Numbered from the stretch's first letter, positions 37,073 to 45,342 are shown. The stretch: 47,731 nucleotides of DNA from a virus (IMGVR_UViG_3300020469_002690:1-47731), one strand, 5' to 3'. Notes: a model not told the origin generated them from the letters alone. Numbers and translations: made by a program.

Positions 37073-37488
37073 GTCTTTTTCCAAAACTTTTCATATAAAA
37101 TTTCCTCTAGTTTGTAAGCTTCCTTTTCCCACGGCGAATCTTCATAACTATAATAGTTCACGTCTGACCCCTTCCAAGAGTCTGAGTATCCATCCAATTC
37201 TCCAAAGAGATATTGTTTAGCATGAACCATCTCATGGGCTAGTGTCTGCATCATTTGATCCACCGACAACTTCTTCCCACATAATGTACGTGCGATCTCG
37301 ATTTCAGCGTGAGTTTCTTTATCCCCCCAACAAAATCCTTGGGAGTCTCCATCTAGTTTAGATATAAATTTAATTTCTAGGTATTTTGTGTAGTGTTGAT
37401 TTACACCGAGTTCTTCGGCTATGTCACGTATGTATTTTTCTACACGTTTTTTGTCTTTGATACGACCTGAAATATATAACGGATTCAT
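37069..37488 (-). CDS. Zincin-like metallopeptidase
   Basis: TLAHEMVHAKQ...PWEKEAY. Confidence 0.8.
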   Translation of the reverse strand: MNPLYISGRIKDKKRVEKYIRDIAEELGVNQHYTKYLEIKFISKLDGDSQGFCWGDKETHAEIEIARTLCGKKLSVDQMMQTLAHEMVHAKQYLFGELDGYSDSWKGSDVNYYSYEDSPWEKEAYKLEEILYEKFWKKT

Positions 37489-37513
37489 ACATTTCTCTCA
37501 GTACTAAAAGAGT

Positions 37514-37542
37514 ATTATACAGGATACCAAGAGAAATGTCAA
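37514..37542 (-). promoter_or_regulatory. Early sigma70 consensus promoter
   Basis: TTGACA-17bp-TATAAT. Confidence 0.85.
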
Positions 37543-37550
37543 GTTTTGTT

Positions 37551-37712
37551 TTAGTCTTCTGACTTGAATAGAGTCCAAAGACCGTATCCGAGACCTACCC
37601 ATGCCATGAGTTTTGCAAGGCCTCCAAACAAAATGAAAGAACCGCATACAGCGATTAATGTGAGTCCATCCCATGAAGTTCTCTCACTGATTAATTTTTT
37701 TAAGTACGACAT
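37551..37712 (-). CDS. Small two-TM membrane protein (53 aa, not in ORF track)
   Basis: Hand translation MSYLKKLISERTSWDG...YGLWTLFKSED*; GAGG RBS. Confidence 0.65.
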   Translation of the reverse strand: MSYLKKLISERTSWDGLTLIAVCGSFILFGGLAKLMAWVGLGYGLWTLFKSED

Positions 37713-37732
37713 ATCATTTCCTCTTTTTTTGA

Positions 37733-38500
37733 TTATGATTCTTCAGACCATTTCATAAGATGGTCTATATATGCTTGAATACTATGATCACTGAAATTAT
37801 CTATCCGACCTTTTTTCAGCCCCATCCACATACCTCTGAATTTGTCCTTTACTCTTTGCCAAACTGTTAAATCGCGAACCTCTCCATACGCATTGATATA
37901 ACAAGGATTGCCATGATGTATATAACCCATCAATACCAATGGAACGGTTGTTACGATATCGTTATTATTTCTCCACCGATAATGTTTTACTGGAAGACTT
38001 GAACAATATTTTCTCCAACCCACCCTTGGTGAACCGTATGTGTATAATTCTTCAACATCGGGCATTTCATCATCCAGAGTGCATCTTGCAGCTATAATAG
38101 TTGCCATTGCTCCACCCAGACTATGACCAGTCACCCACAAAGTTCGTTTCGCGAAAACCTTTGGATCGAGATCTTCGCGTATCATGGGCCACAATTCGTC
38201 AACCTCTGACTTAAATCCTGAGTGTACTCTACTAATTGTTTCTGATATTACAGGAATTGCTTGTAGATCTGCTTTAATGTCATTGAATTCGGATGGTTGA
38301 GTGCCTCTACATGCGATAACTAAATCATCCTTATTTTGAAAACGATAAGCCTGAGCTCCGTTCCTATCATAAAATTCTACTTTAGTGAATCCTAAAAGTT
38401 TAGAAATTCTCTTCGCGTCAGTTGGATGAAGATATGCAACTTGACTTAACTTTGCAAACAGAGCACTTCTTTCTTTTATGTCCATTGATAATATACTCAT
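37733..38500 (-). CDS. Lipase class 3 family hydrolase
   Basis: IACRGT, VHSGF, TGHSLGGA nucleophile elbow, YTYGSPRVG, DIV..VP, DHS...Y. Confidence 0.92.
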   Translation of the reverse strand: MSILSMDIKERSALFAKLSQVAYLHPTDAKRISKLLGFTKVEFYDRNGAQAYRFQNKDDLVIACRGTQPSEFNDIKADLQAIPVISETISRVHSGFKSEVDELWPMIREDLDPKVFAKRTLWVTGHSLGGAMATIIAARCTLDDEMPDVEELYTYGSPRVGWRKYCSSLPVKHYRWRNNNDIVTTVPLVLMGYIHHGNPCYINAYGEVRDLTVWQRVKDKFRGMWMGLKKGRIDNFSDHSIQAYIDHLMKWSEES

Positions 38501-38502
38501 AA

Positions 38503-38868
38503 CTATTTCTCTAATTCATTTATTCTAGATTCCAAAACAGAAATTAAATCCATCAATTCAGTAGTTCCGCCAGGAGCTACGGGCGGATGCGAGTCCGTCT
38601 CCAGTTCTACAATTCGGGTTTCAAGTTTGTCTATCTGATTAGCGATGTTTGGATTTACTTTTTTCCAAGCGTTTGGGTCTTGATTAAACCAAGTCCAACC
38701 ATACTTTTCTATCAATGCATCTAACAAAGTATCCCACTTACCAAATGCCCACATTGCAATTTTTGTATCTCTCATGTATGCGATGAAAAGAGCTCCTAGT
38801 ATACTACCACCTATTGCGGTATAAACCCAAAGAGTATCTCCGAACATACGTTGAATATTTTCCCACAT
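38503..38868 (-). CDS. Hypothetical membrane protein
   Basis: N-terminal TM helix, Trp-rich segment, duplicated LE.RI.ELE coiled coil. Confidence 0.7.
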   Translation of the reverse strand: MWENIQRMFGDTLWVYTAIGGSILGALFIAYMRDTKIAMWAFGKWDTLLDALIEKYGWTWFNQDPNAWKKVNPNIANQIDKLETRIVELETDSHPPVAPGGTTELMDLISVLESRINELEK

Positions 38869-38870
38869 AA

Positions 38871-39050
38871 TTATATCCCCTTATGAGTTCTCAAAAGTTT
38901 TTTCATTTTATTGATTTTTTTGTCGTATTTTGGGCCCCTTCTGGAAAGAATTTTTATTTCTTTCTCTAATCTTATCCCATACGTATCTAATTTTTGTCCG
39001 TCAACAAAAACTTCTCTATCTTTCTTTATATCAATGTCCCACTCTTTCAT
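38871..39050 (-). CDS. Small basic protein (59 aa, not in ORF track)
   Basis: Hand translation MKEWDIDIKK...RTHKGI*; fills the gap. Confidence 0.5.
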   Translation of the reverse strand: MKEWDIDIKKDREVFVDGQKLDTYGIRLEKEIKILSRRGPKYDKKINKMKKLLRTHKGI

Positions 39051-39055
39051 AATAC

Positions 39056-39433
39056 CTATTTCACTTCTATTGCAAATATTTTACTTTTGTCCACTTCGAC
39101 CTTTTCTAAATCAAAGTTTATCGAAACTCCGCAACCGCAAGCGGAAGCTTCCTTTGGATTAAGAAACTTAAAAACTTCGTTTAAACCTTCTTTCCTAAAA
39201 TCTAATGTCATACCATTTATATAGGGTATACTTATCTTATTGATAACGAACTTTAATTCACCAAAATCCAGTTCAATGTCGTCTTCGTTTTTTTCTATAA
39301 CAGAATCGAAGACATATTCAAAACCAGCACAACCACCACCAGTTATTCCAAGTCTAATATAATTAAACTTCTCAAGGGTCTTCTTTTCTAGGAGTTTAGA
39401 AACCGCCCCATCTGTAACATCAATAAGATCCAT
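39056..39433 (-). CDS. iscA: Fe-S cluster assembly A-type carrier (IscA/HesB)
   Basis: GGCAGFEY, F.F.NP....CGCG.S. Confidence 0.92.
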   Translation of the reverse strand: MDLIDVTDGAVSKLLEKKTLEKFNYIRLGITGGGCAGFEYVFDSVIEKNEDDIELDFGELKFVINKISIPYINGMTLDFRKEGLNEVFKFLNPKEASACGCGVSINFDLEKVEVDKSKIFAIEVK

Positions 39434-40111
39434 TTATCTTGTTTTTTGTTTATTTTGCTGTTTTATCCACCTTTTCGCGAGAGGGGCTTTTGGTGGTTTT
39501 TTTGACCAAGCTCCAATTCCACGATATGCCAGCATGGTTTCTTTTTTGAAATCTTTACCGTCACTATTGTCAACAATATATGTGTTCTCTTTTCCAAACA
39601 TTCTTTGGAATCTTCCAATATTATCTTGAACCGCTTGCCACATAGGTTCTAACATTTTTTTACCGATAGATCTTTTTCTTTCAGCGTCTCTACTCACAGC
39701 AGTTCCGATATTTGTATTTACAATAATTATTGCTGTCTCGTATCCCATCTTTTCTAATTCTTTTTTCTGTTTAGATATTTTATTCGCATCCTTTCCAGTT
39801 CCATCGATTACAATACCTAAACGCCCTTTGAGGTATATTTCCTTTTTAGTCGCAGTTAACTTAGTAGCCTTACCTCTAATCTCTTGACCTTTTACGGAAA
39901 ATATATTTTCTGGATTCATTTCCATTCCAGCTTTCTTCATTGCGTTTTCAAAAGCGTCATCTGAGTTTACAACTCGAAATCCAAAAGTACTTAATGCAGT
40001 TTTTCCAGCGATAAAAGATTTACCCGATCCAGGCCCTCCAGCCAAAAATACAGCCTTAAATATTGCTGGATCGTTTACGCCTTCTGATAGAAAATCTGTA
40101 AAGGTTTTCAT
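39434..40111 (-). CDS. Zeta-toxin-like P-loop kinase with capsid-targeting-like N-terminus
   Basis: AGGPGSGKS Walker A, NSD, VIDGT, R...R.R, DNS; start ATG 40111 gives MKTFTDFLSE. Confidence 0.8.
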   Translation of the reverse strand: MKTFTDFLSEGVNDPAIFKAVFLAGGPGSGKSFIAGKTALSTFGFRVVNSDDAFENAMKKAGMEMNPENIFSVKGQEIRGKATKLTATKKEIYLKGRLGIVIDGTGKDANKISKQKKELEKMGYETAIIIVNTNIGTAVSRDAERKRSIGKKMLEPMWQAVQDNIGRFQRMFGKENTYIVDNSDGKDFKKETMLAYRGIGAWSKKPPKAPLAKRWIKQQNKQKTR

Positions 40112-40112
40112 T

Positions 40113-40412
40113 TTATCCCTTCCAATCCTTTGTATCAAATTTTTCATTAAAATCTTTTAATGCGAGTTCAATTAAGTCTTTCTTTTTGGTAGGCAATCTT
40201 TCGTCCGTTTTGGTTTTAAGAACAATAGTTTTCAATTCAACAACTTTCATTTTTGAAAGTTCAGAATACTTCTGATCAAGTTCTTGTTTAGTAGGTTTTG
40301 TTGGGACTTTCGCTTTTGCCTTCTTTCTACTTTTTCCTCTTTCTGAAAAAACGACACATAATATAATTACCATAATACCCAATATAATAACTACAGCTTC
40401 TTGATTTTCCAT
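40113..40412 (-). CDS. Membrane-anchored Rho_N/HeH-domain protein
   Basis: N-terminal TM helix; LSKMKVVELK...KKKDLIELAL. Confidence 0.7.
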   Translation of the reverse strand: MENQEAVVIILGIMVIILCVVFSERGKSRKKAKAKVPTKPTKQELDQKYSELSKMKVVELKTIVLKTKTDERLPTKKKDLIELALKDFNEKFDTKDWKG

Positions 40413-40452
40413 TTTTCTTCCTTAGTGTCTATGTGTTTTTATCTTCATACTA

Positions 40453-40460
40453 TATTTATA
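40453..40460 (-). promoter_or_regulatory. Late promoter
   Basis: Exact intergenic TATAAATA. Confidence 0.85.
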
Positions 40461-40481
40461 TAAGTTAGACCCTATAAAACA

Positions 40482-41114
40482 TCATTTTGTCTTTTGACAT
40501 ATTTCTGGATTATCTTTAGCATATTGAACAACATCATGATTATTATACACCACGAAATTCAATAACCAAAACATAGTTTCTATATCTTGTTGTCGGACGG
40601 TGTAATTTGCCCATTCTGGATATTCATGATAGAGTAAATAGATAGTTGAAATTTTATGAAGTATTAATCTTTCCAGAGATGGTTTCTTTGTAAGTAAAGG
40701 ATTGACTTCAGATACGCAAGAATATTTTAATCCTTCATATGTAGATGCGATGTCTGCGACATTGATCATAGCGAATGCTGTCCACCACTGCCAGTCGATG
40801 GGTTTTATAAATTCAATCGACTGTGTATACTTCAATTGATTCCGATTTTCCTTTAACCGTAATCGAGTCAACTCTAGTGAATTCTCCCACTTTACTTGAT
40901 TCAGCACTTTTTCGTGATAACAACACTCGAACCCCATCGTAATTGCGAGTTTGTCCTTCGAGTCGAGATGCGAGATTAACGGCATCTCCAATGACGGAGT
41001 AGTCAAATCGTACCTCTGATCCCATGTTTCCAACAATACACTCGCCTGTATTGATACCGATCCCAATATCAATACGAGGTAACCCATCTTTCTCAAGTTC
41101 TTCAATAAGTTCAT
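40482..41114 (-). CDS. Hypothetical exported or membrane protein overlapping the cyclase gene
   Basis: AGGAG 6 nt before ATG 41114; signal-peptide-like N-terminus; C-half D..ST..GL....E.NPLL (DUF5658-like). Confidence 0.65.
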   Translation of the reverse strand: MNLLKNLRKMGYLVLILGSVSIQASVLLETWDQRYDLTTPSLEMPLISHLDSKDKLAITMGFECCYHEKVLNQVKWENSLELTRLRLKENRNQLKYTQSIEFIKPIDWQWWTAFAMINVADIASTYEGLKYSCVSEVNPLLTKKPSLERLILHKISTIYLLYHEYPEWANYTVRQQDIETMFWLLNFVVYNNHDVVQYAKDNPEICQKTK

Positions 41115-42618
41115 CCGCTGCTCCTGATATTTCTATAGCTGACTTTACTGCCATTGTGACATGATCTTCACAATCCACTGGTGCGTTCCAGAACGCCATT
41201 ATACAATCGCCCATATATTTGTCTATGGTTCCACCGTTATTTAGTATTATTTTAGTCATGCGATCTAGATACATATTGATGAGAGTTACTAGGCCTTCTG
41301 GGTCGTTTTTATTTTTATAGTGTTCTGATACTGGTGTGAATCCACAAATGTCCATGAAAAGAAAAGTCATCTCTTTTCTTTCTCCACCTAAAACTAACAT
41401 GTCGGGATTGTCTTGTAATTGTTTCACCAGATCTGGTGATAGATAAGTTCCAAATTGTTTCTTTATCTGTTCTTTCAACTGAAAAGTTACATAATACTTA
41501 TTAAAAGATGCATGTGCAAAAACAACCAAAGCTGATAGTGATGGATACAACACATCGAGTAACATAAGTTTTGTCATCCACAGATGATATCCATAGTATA
41601 AAGTTCCACCAATAACGGACACTGATAAGAGAGCGGATATAGTGGTCGGAGTTTTATAAACAACTAGTAATATTGTTAATGTCAAAACAAGAATCAAAAG
41701 AAACTCTAATTGATCGGCATACCAAGGTCTGTCAATGTAGATATTGTTGACTACCGTTGAAATTAAGTGAGCCTGAATGTCGTGTGGTAACATCGCTCCC
41801 GTAGGAGTTGCAACTGGATTTATCAAACCTCCAGCGCTCAATCCGAGGATTATAATCTTATCATTTGGTATTGGATCTCCGAACGAAACTCTTTCATATT
41901 GATTCCAGTATGCGATCTGTACGTTAGCGTTGGGTGTTGTCGCCATAGGCGAAAGCGAACCCATACGCACCCATTCCACCCCAGCTTCTTTTATCTTGAT
42001 TGTGAGGTTGGGTTGAAACTCGTAAACTCTTAATATTTCTAGAGCGACTGACGGATAGATATGACCGTTTGCCATTATCGCTAAAGGTGACTCTCTCACG
42101 ATTCCGTCAACTGAGGGTGCGACCGTTACTGTCCCAACACCATCTGCGAATTTAGACATAACGGGATTTCTTATTCCTTTGAATGGATACAACCAATCTT
42201 CAGGATTTCCCTTTCCCAGTTTACCAAATCCTCGTGGTGGTTTTTCTCCTCCTTCTTTAGTATTAGTCGTAAAGGATGAAAGTATGACATCTCTAGGCCC
42301 CATAGAGATTTCCAGTTCGGAATCTTTTCCAAAACGATCTGGTTCGGTGAATCCCATATTGAAAACATAAACATTATTTTCTGGACTCGCATCAAGCCAT
42401 TTCGCATATAGATCGCGACTAAAAGGAAACTGTCCGTATTTTTCTAGGGAAGTTTCGTCTATATCGACTATTACGATATTTTCGGATAGAATAGGTTCTT
42501 GAAGTGTTTGGAGAGAGTCGAAGTAGTTTAGTCTAAACTGTTCGATTAGTTTGGGGTCTGCGAATCTTGCGCTGCATAATAATAATATTGTTATTAAAAC
42601 AATTTTCCAATTGTACAT
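40813..42618 (-). CDS. CHASE2-domain class III adenylyl cyclase
   Basis: IVIVDIDE.SL..YGQFPFSR and DGIVR (CHASE2); 3 TM helices; FMDICGFT, DKYMGD, DYSVIGDAVNLASRLE. Confidence 0.95.
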   Translation of the reverse strand: MYNWKIVLITILLLCSARFADPKLIEQFRLNYFDSLQTLQEPILSENIVIVDIDETSLEKYGQFPFSRDLYAKWLDASPENNVYVFNMGFTEPDRFGKDSELEISMGPRDVILSSFTTNTKEGGEKPPRGFGKLGKGNPEDWLYPFKGIRNPVMSKFADGVGTVTVAPSVDGIVRESPLAIMANGHIYPSVALEILRVYEFQPNLTIKIKEAGVEWVRMGSLSPMATTPNANVQIAYWNQYERVSFGDPIPNDKIIILGLSAGGLINPVATPTGAMLPHDIQAHLISTVVNNIYIDRPWYADQLEFLLILVLTLTILLVVYKTPTTISALLSVSVIGGTLYYGYHLWMTKLMLLDVLYPSLSALVVFAHASFNKYYVTFQLKEQIKKQFGTYLSPDLVKQLQDNPDMLVLGGERKEMTFLFMDICGFTPVSEHYKNKNDPEGLVTLINMYLDRMTKIILNNGGTIDKYMGDCIMAFWNAPVDCEDHVTMAVKSAIEISGAADELIEELEKDGLPRIDIGIGINTGECIVGNMGSEVRFDYSVIGDAVNLASRLEGQTRNYDGVRVLLSRKSAESSKVGEFTRVDSITVKGKSESIEVYTVD

Positions 42619-42619
42619 T

Positions 42620-43399
42620 TTATTGTTGTGTTACTGATAAAGTACATCCACCCAAAGTCACACAATTTTGGGTTAGGGTGTAATTCATGGCATTACTTCC
42701 TTGTTGAGTTAGGTTAAGAGTTGTTGAGTCAGAACCATTTAGTGTGATGTTTGCGGTATGACCACCACTTTGTAATTGTTGAACGGTCACCTCGTTTGAA
42801 TCATTGTTAATATCTAAGTTTAAAGTCTTTGCGCCATTTCCAGCTTGAGTATAAAAAACTTGATTACCGTCCGATTCAATACCAATCGTGGCGTTATTGT
42901 TGAGATTGGCTGATCCCATTTTCTGACCACCTTTGACAAGATTATTATTACCTTGAATATCTACATAAAGTGTATGACCAGCATCTTCGTGAGAATCTCG
43001 ATCACATGTGGTATCAGACATTCCATAAGTAAACTTACATCCATGAGCGACATTTACTTCATTGTTATTTCCGCTTACATCGATGTACATTCTATTGACA
43101 TCAGAACTTGTCGTGTTATTCCATTGTTCTGTGGTGATAGTGTTTCCATCACCAGAAATACCACTACCGTTTTTTAGAAGTTCGTTTCTGTTTCCTTCTT
43201 GTAAAACTTTCATAGTTAATTGATATCCACTCATGACGGTATCAACTTTATTATTATCACCATACTGTCTAATATTTAAGTTCAGATTATCACCACTCTG
43301 ATTTATATATATTTCATTATCGGCCCAAACAGATACAAAACTTCCTATAACCACATAAGCGATAATAAGTAAAATTGTGATTAGTAATGTTTTTTTCAT
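42620..43399 (-). CDS. Curlin-like secreted beta-solenoid protein
   Basis: Signal peptide; repeated I.Q.G..N / D..G.NN units (NEIYINQSGDN, RQYGDNN, LQEGNRN, DIQGNNN). Confidence 0.75.
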   Translation of the reverse strand: MKKTLLITILLIIAYVVIGSFVSVWADNEIYINQSGDNLNLNIRQYGDNNKVDTVMSGYQLTMKVLQEGNRNELLKNGSGISGDGNTITTEQWNNTTSSDVNRMYIDVSGNNNEVNVAHGCKFTYGMSDTTCDRDSHEDAGHTLYVDIQGNNNLVKGGQKMGSANLNNNATIGIESDGNQVFYTQAGNGAKTLNLDINNDSNEVTVQQLQSGGHTANITLNGSDSTTLNLTQQGSNAMNYTLTQNCVTLGGCTLSVTQQ

Positions 43400-44554
43400 C
43401 TAGTTTACCTGAGTAATAGTTATTATTATTCCCTGACCATCACCCAATATAATATTGGATTCTTTTTGGTCTGATATAGTTTTTAACGTGGCGTTTTGAT
43501 ACATCATAAGAGTGACACTAATTATACCATCAACATTACGATAAAATTTTATAGTTCCCAATCCTCTGTCTATTATTGTGTTATACTGAGTATCAACATC
43601 AAAACCTAAAACAGTACCAGCGAGAGCTATATTGTTATTTAGACTATCCTTTTCTAACGCTGATTCTCTATCAAGTTCTATGACAATATCAAGTAGGTCT
43701 TGTAAAAAATCAACATCGAGATAATCGATATCCAACTCAGTAAATTCTAATTCATCTTCTTCGAAATAATCTTTTTCTAATTCGTCAAACTCTAGAAAAT
43801 CTACATCGAGAATATTATCTTTATCGTTTTCGGAAGAAAGACCTTCCTGTTCTTTTACTTCCTTTATTTCCTTGGGTTCTGATATGATAAACACATTGCT
43901 TATCATACTAGTATTAATACCAGATAAAGCTACGGGTTTAGTGGGCGGACTTTCGAAGGACGTTACAACGGAGGCCTGATATGGTTCATCTAAAGTTACG
44001 GAACCTCCATTGTTAGTTATCATAATCTTTCCAGAAGACTCTCCAGTCTTTTCGTCTGGTAACAGAATGATTAAAGACCTACCAATCTCATCAATGGTTG
44101 TTGTGAAATCAGTACCCAATACCGCAATTTGAGCGGTGGGGGTAGATAGATCAATATTCGCCTTGTTTATTCTTTTTCCCCGACCAGAAGTAAATCTGGC
44201 GGTTCCCTGAGCCATCCTTATCGACATCTTCGACTTTGATGGATTTGGGTCGTAATAAACTTTGTCAATATAAACTTTAGTATGTTCTATAATTGACAAT
44301 TCCTCCTCATCCAAAAATTGAATGAGCATACGGCCATTACCAGTGACCGCAGTATCCAATAACTTTATATCGGGAATATTATTATCAGATACAGATAATT
44401 TTTCACCACTCTCACGAATGAGAGAAGCTACTCCGTTTCTGTCAACTATATCACCAATGGGGTCAGTTGACCCCAGAGAAAAATTAGTTAGCGTCAGACT
44501 GAATAATATTAATATCCGAATGAGTTGTGCTGAATGTAGCGTCAAATATCGCAT
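43400..44554 (-). CDS. Exported FecR-domain protein
   Basis: Signal-like N-terminus; D...TG.GR..I.F.D, GTARF.SG, TPTA.IAV.GTDF; acidic C-region. Confidence 0.85.
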   Translation of the reverse strand: MRYLTLHSAQLIRILILFSLTLTNFSLGSTDPIGDIVDRNGVASLIRESGEKLSVSDNNIPDIKLLDTAVTGNGRMLIQFLDEEELSIIEHTKVYIDKVYYDPNPSKSKMSIRMAQGTARFTSGRGKRINKANIDLSTPTAQIAVLGTDFTTTIDEIGRSLIILLPDEKTGESSGKIMITNNGGSVTLDEPYQASVVTSFESPPTKPVALSGINTSMISNVFIISEPKEIKEVKEQEGLSSENDKDNILDVDFLEFDELEKDYFEEDELEFTELDIDYLDVDFLQDLLDIVIELDRESALEKDSLNNNIALAGTVLGFDVDTQYNTIIDRGLGTIKFYRNVDGIISVTLMMYQNATLKTISDQKESNIILGDGQGIIITITQVN

Positions 44555-45338
44555 TGTTGGTCACTCCAGTAGTAGAACCAGTGTTCTGACCCACAAATAT
44601 AAAGTTATAATCTCCAGTAACCCCTACAGTTTGACTGTTATCTGAACCATCTTCCATAGTAGTTTGAACCCAGTTATTATCTCCTAATACAGTCCAGTTC
44701 CAAGTAGCGTTATCTGAGTTAAAGAATATGTTCATTGTGTTGTCGTTTCCGTCCACATCTAAATCCATATCCAAAGTATCAGATGTTCCAGCAGTTGGAG
44801 TCCAAGAACCCCAATAAGCAGTCTGACCAGAATTTGTTCTAGACCAAGTACTTCCACTAACTGTCCAAAACTGTTCAGCATTACTTTGATTCCACAATTG
44901 AGTGCTTAGGTTATAAGAATCATCAGCGTTACCAGCTCTCATAACAACGGTGTTTGTATTACCAGCAATATCAGAATTTATGTTTATGGTATCAGCGGAA
45001 TTATCATCGCCAATCTTTTGATTCCATATGTTGTAGTTACCTACAATAAAATTCTGAACAGTAGACCCTGCGGTATCCATAGTACCGTACATTTTGTTAT
45101 AGTCTCCATCTAACTTGATATCAAAATAACCGTTAGTAACTGACATAACCATGTCAGCGGATGTGCCACTAAAATCGTCACCACCATATTTGTTACCAGC
45201 ACCGATTTGTTGGATTGTTAATTCGACATTATCTCCAGTTTGTTGAATGAAGATTTCATTATCATTAGCGTCACCAGCATAAGCGTTAGTCATAGCAAGA
45301 GTTATTGCCAATCCTAGTAACTTTTTATTTCTCTTCAT
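44484..45338 (-). CDS. Curlin-like secreted beta-solenoid protein
   Basis: Signal peptide ending AYA; NEIFIQQTGDN, QQIGAGN and repeated ..G..N units. Confidence 0.75.
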   Translation of the reverse strand: MKRNKKLLGLAITLAMTNAYAGDANDNEIFIQQTGDNVELTIQQIGAGNKYGGDDFSGTSADMVMSVTNGYFDIKLDGDYNKMYGTMDTAGSTVQNFIVGNYNIWNQKIGDDNSADTININSDIAGNTNTVVMRAGNADDSYNLSTQLWNQSNAEQFWTVSGSTWSRTNSGQTAYWGSWTPTAGTSDTLDMDLDVDGNDNTMNIFFNSDNATWNWTVLGDNNWVQTTMEDGSDNSQTVGVTGDYNFIFVGQNTGSTTGVTNNAIFDATFSTTHSDINIIQSDAN

Positions 45339-45342
45339 GTTT

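Noticed and set aside
802-42407. Short same-strand alternative-frame ORFs (802-1017, 8388-8579, 14040-14234, 15066-15296, 22018-22245, 22471-22737, 31994-32209, 35393-35584, 42171-42407)
   Set aside because: Fully nested in conserved genes, short, with no domain signal; unlike 40482-41114 they have no independent downstream domain
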